This document shows positions 63,190 through 64,000 of a DNA stretch of 64,000 nucleotides, one piece after another. Source of the DNA: Mobula hypostoma. Taxonomy: Eukaryota. How positions within the stretch are numbered: the first letter of the stretch is position 1; each line of letters begins with the position of its first letter. The translations under genes and the position numbers were made by a program. The notes below the pieces were generated by a model that worked only from the letters and a program-made list of their open reading frames with translations, had not been told where the DNA came from and made no database searches. The stretch spans positions 221,032,001 through 221,096,000 of the forward strand of contig NC_086097.1 of NCBI RefSeq assembly GCF_963921235.1, given 5' to 3'.

Positions 63190-63540
63190 GTCATAGAGAA
63201 GTACAGCACAGGAACAGGCCCTTTGGCCTATCTAGTCCATGCTGAACCATTTAAACTGCTTAATCCCATCAACCTGCACTGGGACCATAGCCCTCCATAC
63301 CCCTAGCATGCATCCACGTACCTATCCAAACTTCTCTTAAACATTGAAATTGAGTTTGAATGCACCACTTGTGCTGGCGGCTGGTTACACACTCTCATGA
63401 CCCTCTGAGTGAAGAAGTTTCCCCTTATGTTCCCCTTAAACTTCTCACTTTCACCCTTAACCCATGACCTCTGGTTGTAGCCCCACCCAACCTCAGTGGA
63501 AAAAGCCTGTTTATGTTTACCCCTCATAATTTTGTATACT
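63190..63540 (-). mobile_element. CR1 3' fragment
   Basis: KFKGNIRGNFFTQRVMRVCNQPP. Confidence 0.85.
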
Positions 63541-63704
63541 TACCAGATTAATACTGCGCTATATGTTGTTTCTGGTAAGATGGCAGTGTGCTTGGATGCA
63601 GTGGCTTCTCCGGGTCCAACCTAGAGTTGCCAACTGTCCCGTATTAGCTGGGACATTCCGTGTATTGGGCTAAATTGGTTTGTCCCATAAGGGACCGCCC
63701 TCAT

Positions 63705-64000
63705 CCCGTATTTCCTCCTCTAAGGTAGAGCGTTCCTATGAAACCGTTCCTAAGCCGAAATGGCGTACAGCGAAGAAGCAATTGCCATTAATTCATATGG
63801 GAAAAATTTTTGAGCGTTCCGAGACCCAAAAAATAACTGCCAGATCATACCAAATAACACATAAAACCTAAAATAACACTAGTATATAGTAAAAGCAGGA
63901 ATGATATGATAAATACACAGCCTATATAATGTAGAAATAATGTACGTACAGTGTAGTTTCACCTACCAGAATCGGGAAGACTAAGCCAAAACCGAGAAGC
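63705..64000. mobile_element. Second Tigger-like copy, cut by window end
   Basis: Homologous to 59010-59350 without the Penelope insert. Confidence 0.8.

Overview
Eukaryotic, vertebrate-type genomic DNA, intronic or intergenic. The repeat repertoire suggests a cartilaginous fish, probably a ray (inference from CR1 LINEs with (GAAACATA)n tails, V-SINE/HE1-like SINEs, Penelope-like elements and Rex1/Babar LINEs). Most of the window is a nested mosaic of transposable elements: many CR1 copies, two Penelope-like families carrying hammerhead-ribozyme motifs, RTE, Rex1/Babar, Gypsy LTR elements, a full-length hAT transposon (TIRs plus 8-bp TSD), Tc1 and Tigger/pogo elements. No intact host protein-coding gene is visible. 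The most unusual object is a Gypsy LTR retrotransposon (4896-8411, 5-bp TSD) whose RT/RNaseH/integrase core is replaced by an intronless fragment of host RBM25 splicing-factor mRNA. Also notable: multiple minimal hammerhead ribozymes; a 236-bp hammerhead-carrying fold-back insertion with its own 15-bp TSD; a three-level nested Penelope/Tigger/Penelope structure; and two strong minus-strand splice cassettes (54 nt and 7 nt) that may belong to an unidentified host gene. Family assignments come from motif recognition by eye; no database searches were run. Boundaries of old, degraded copies are approximate.
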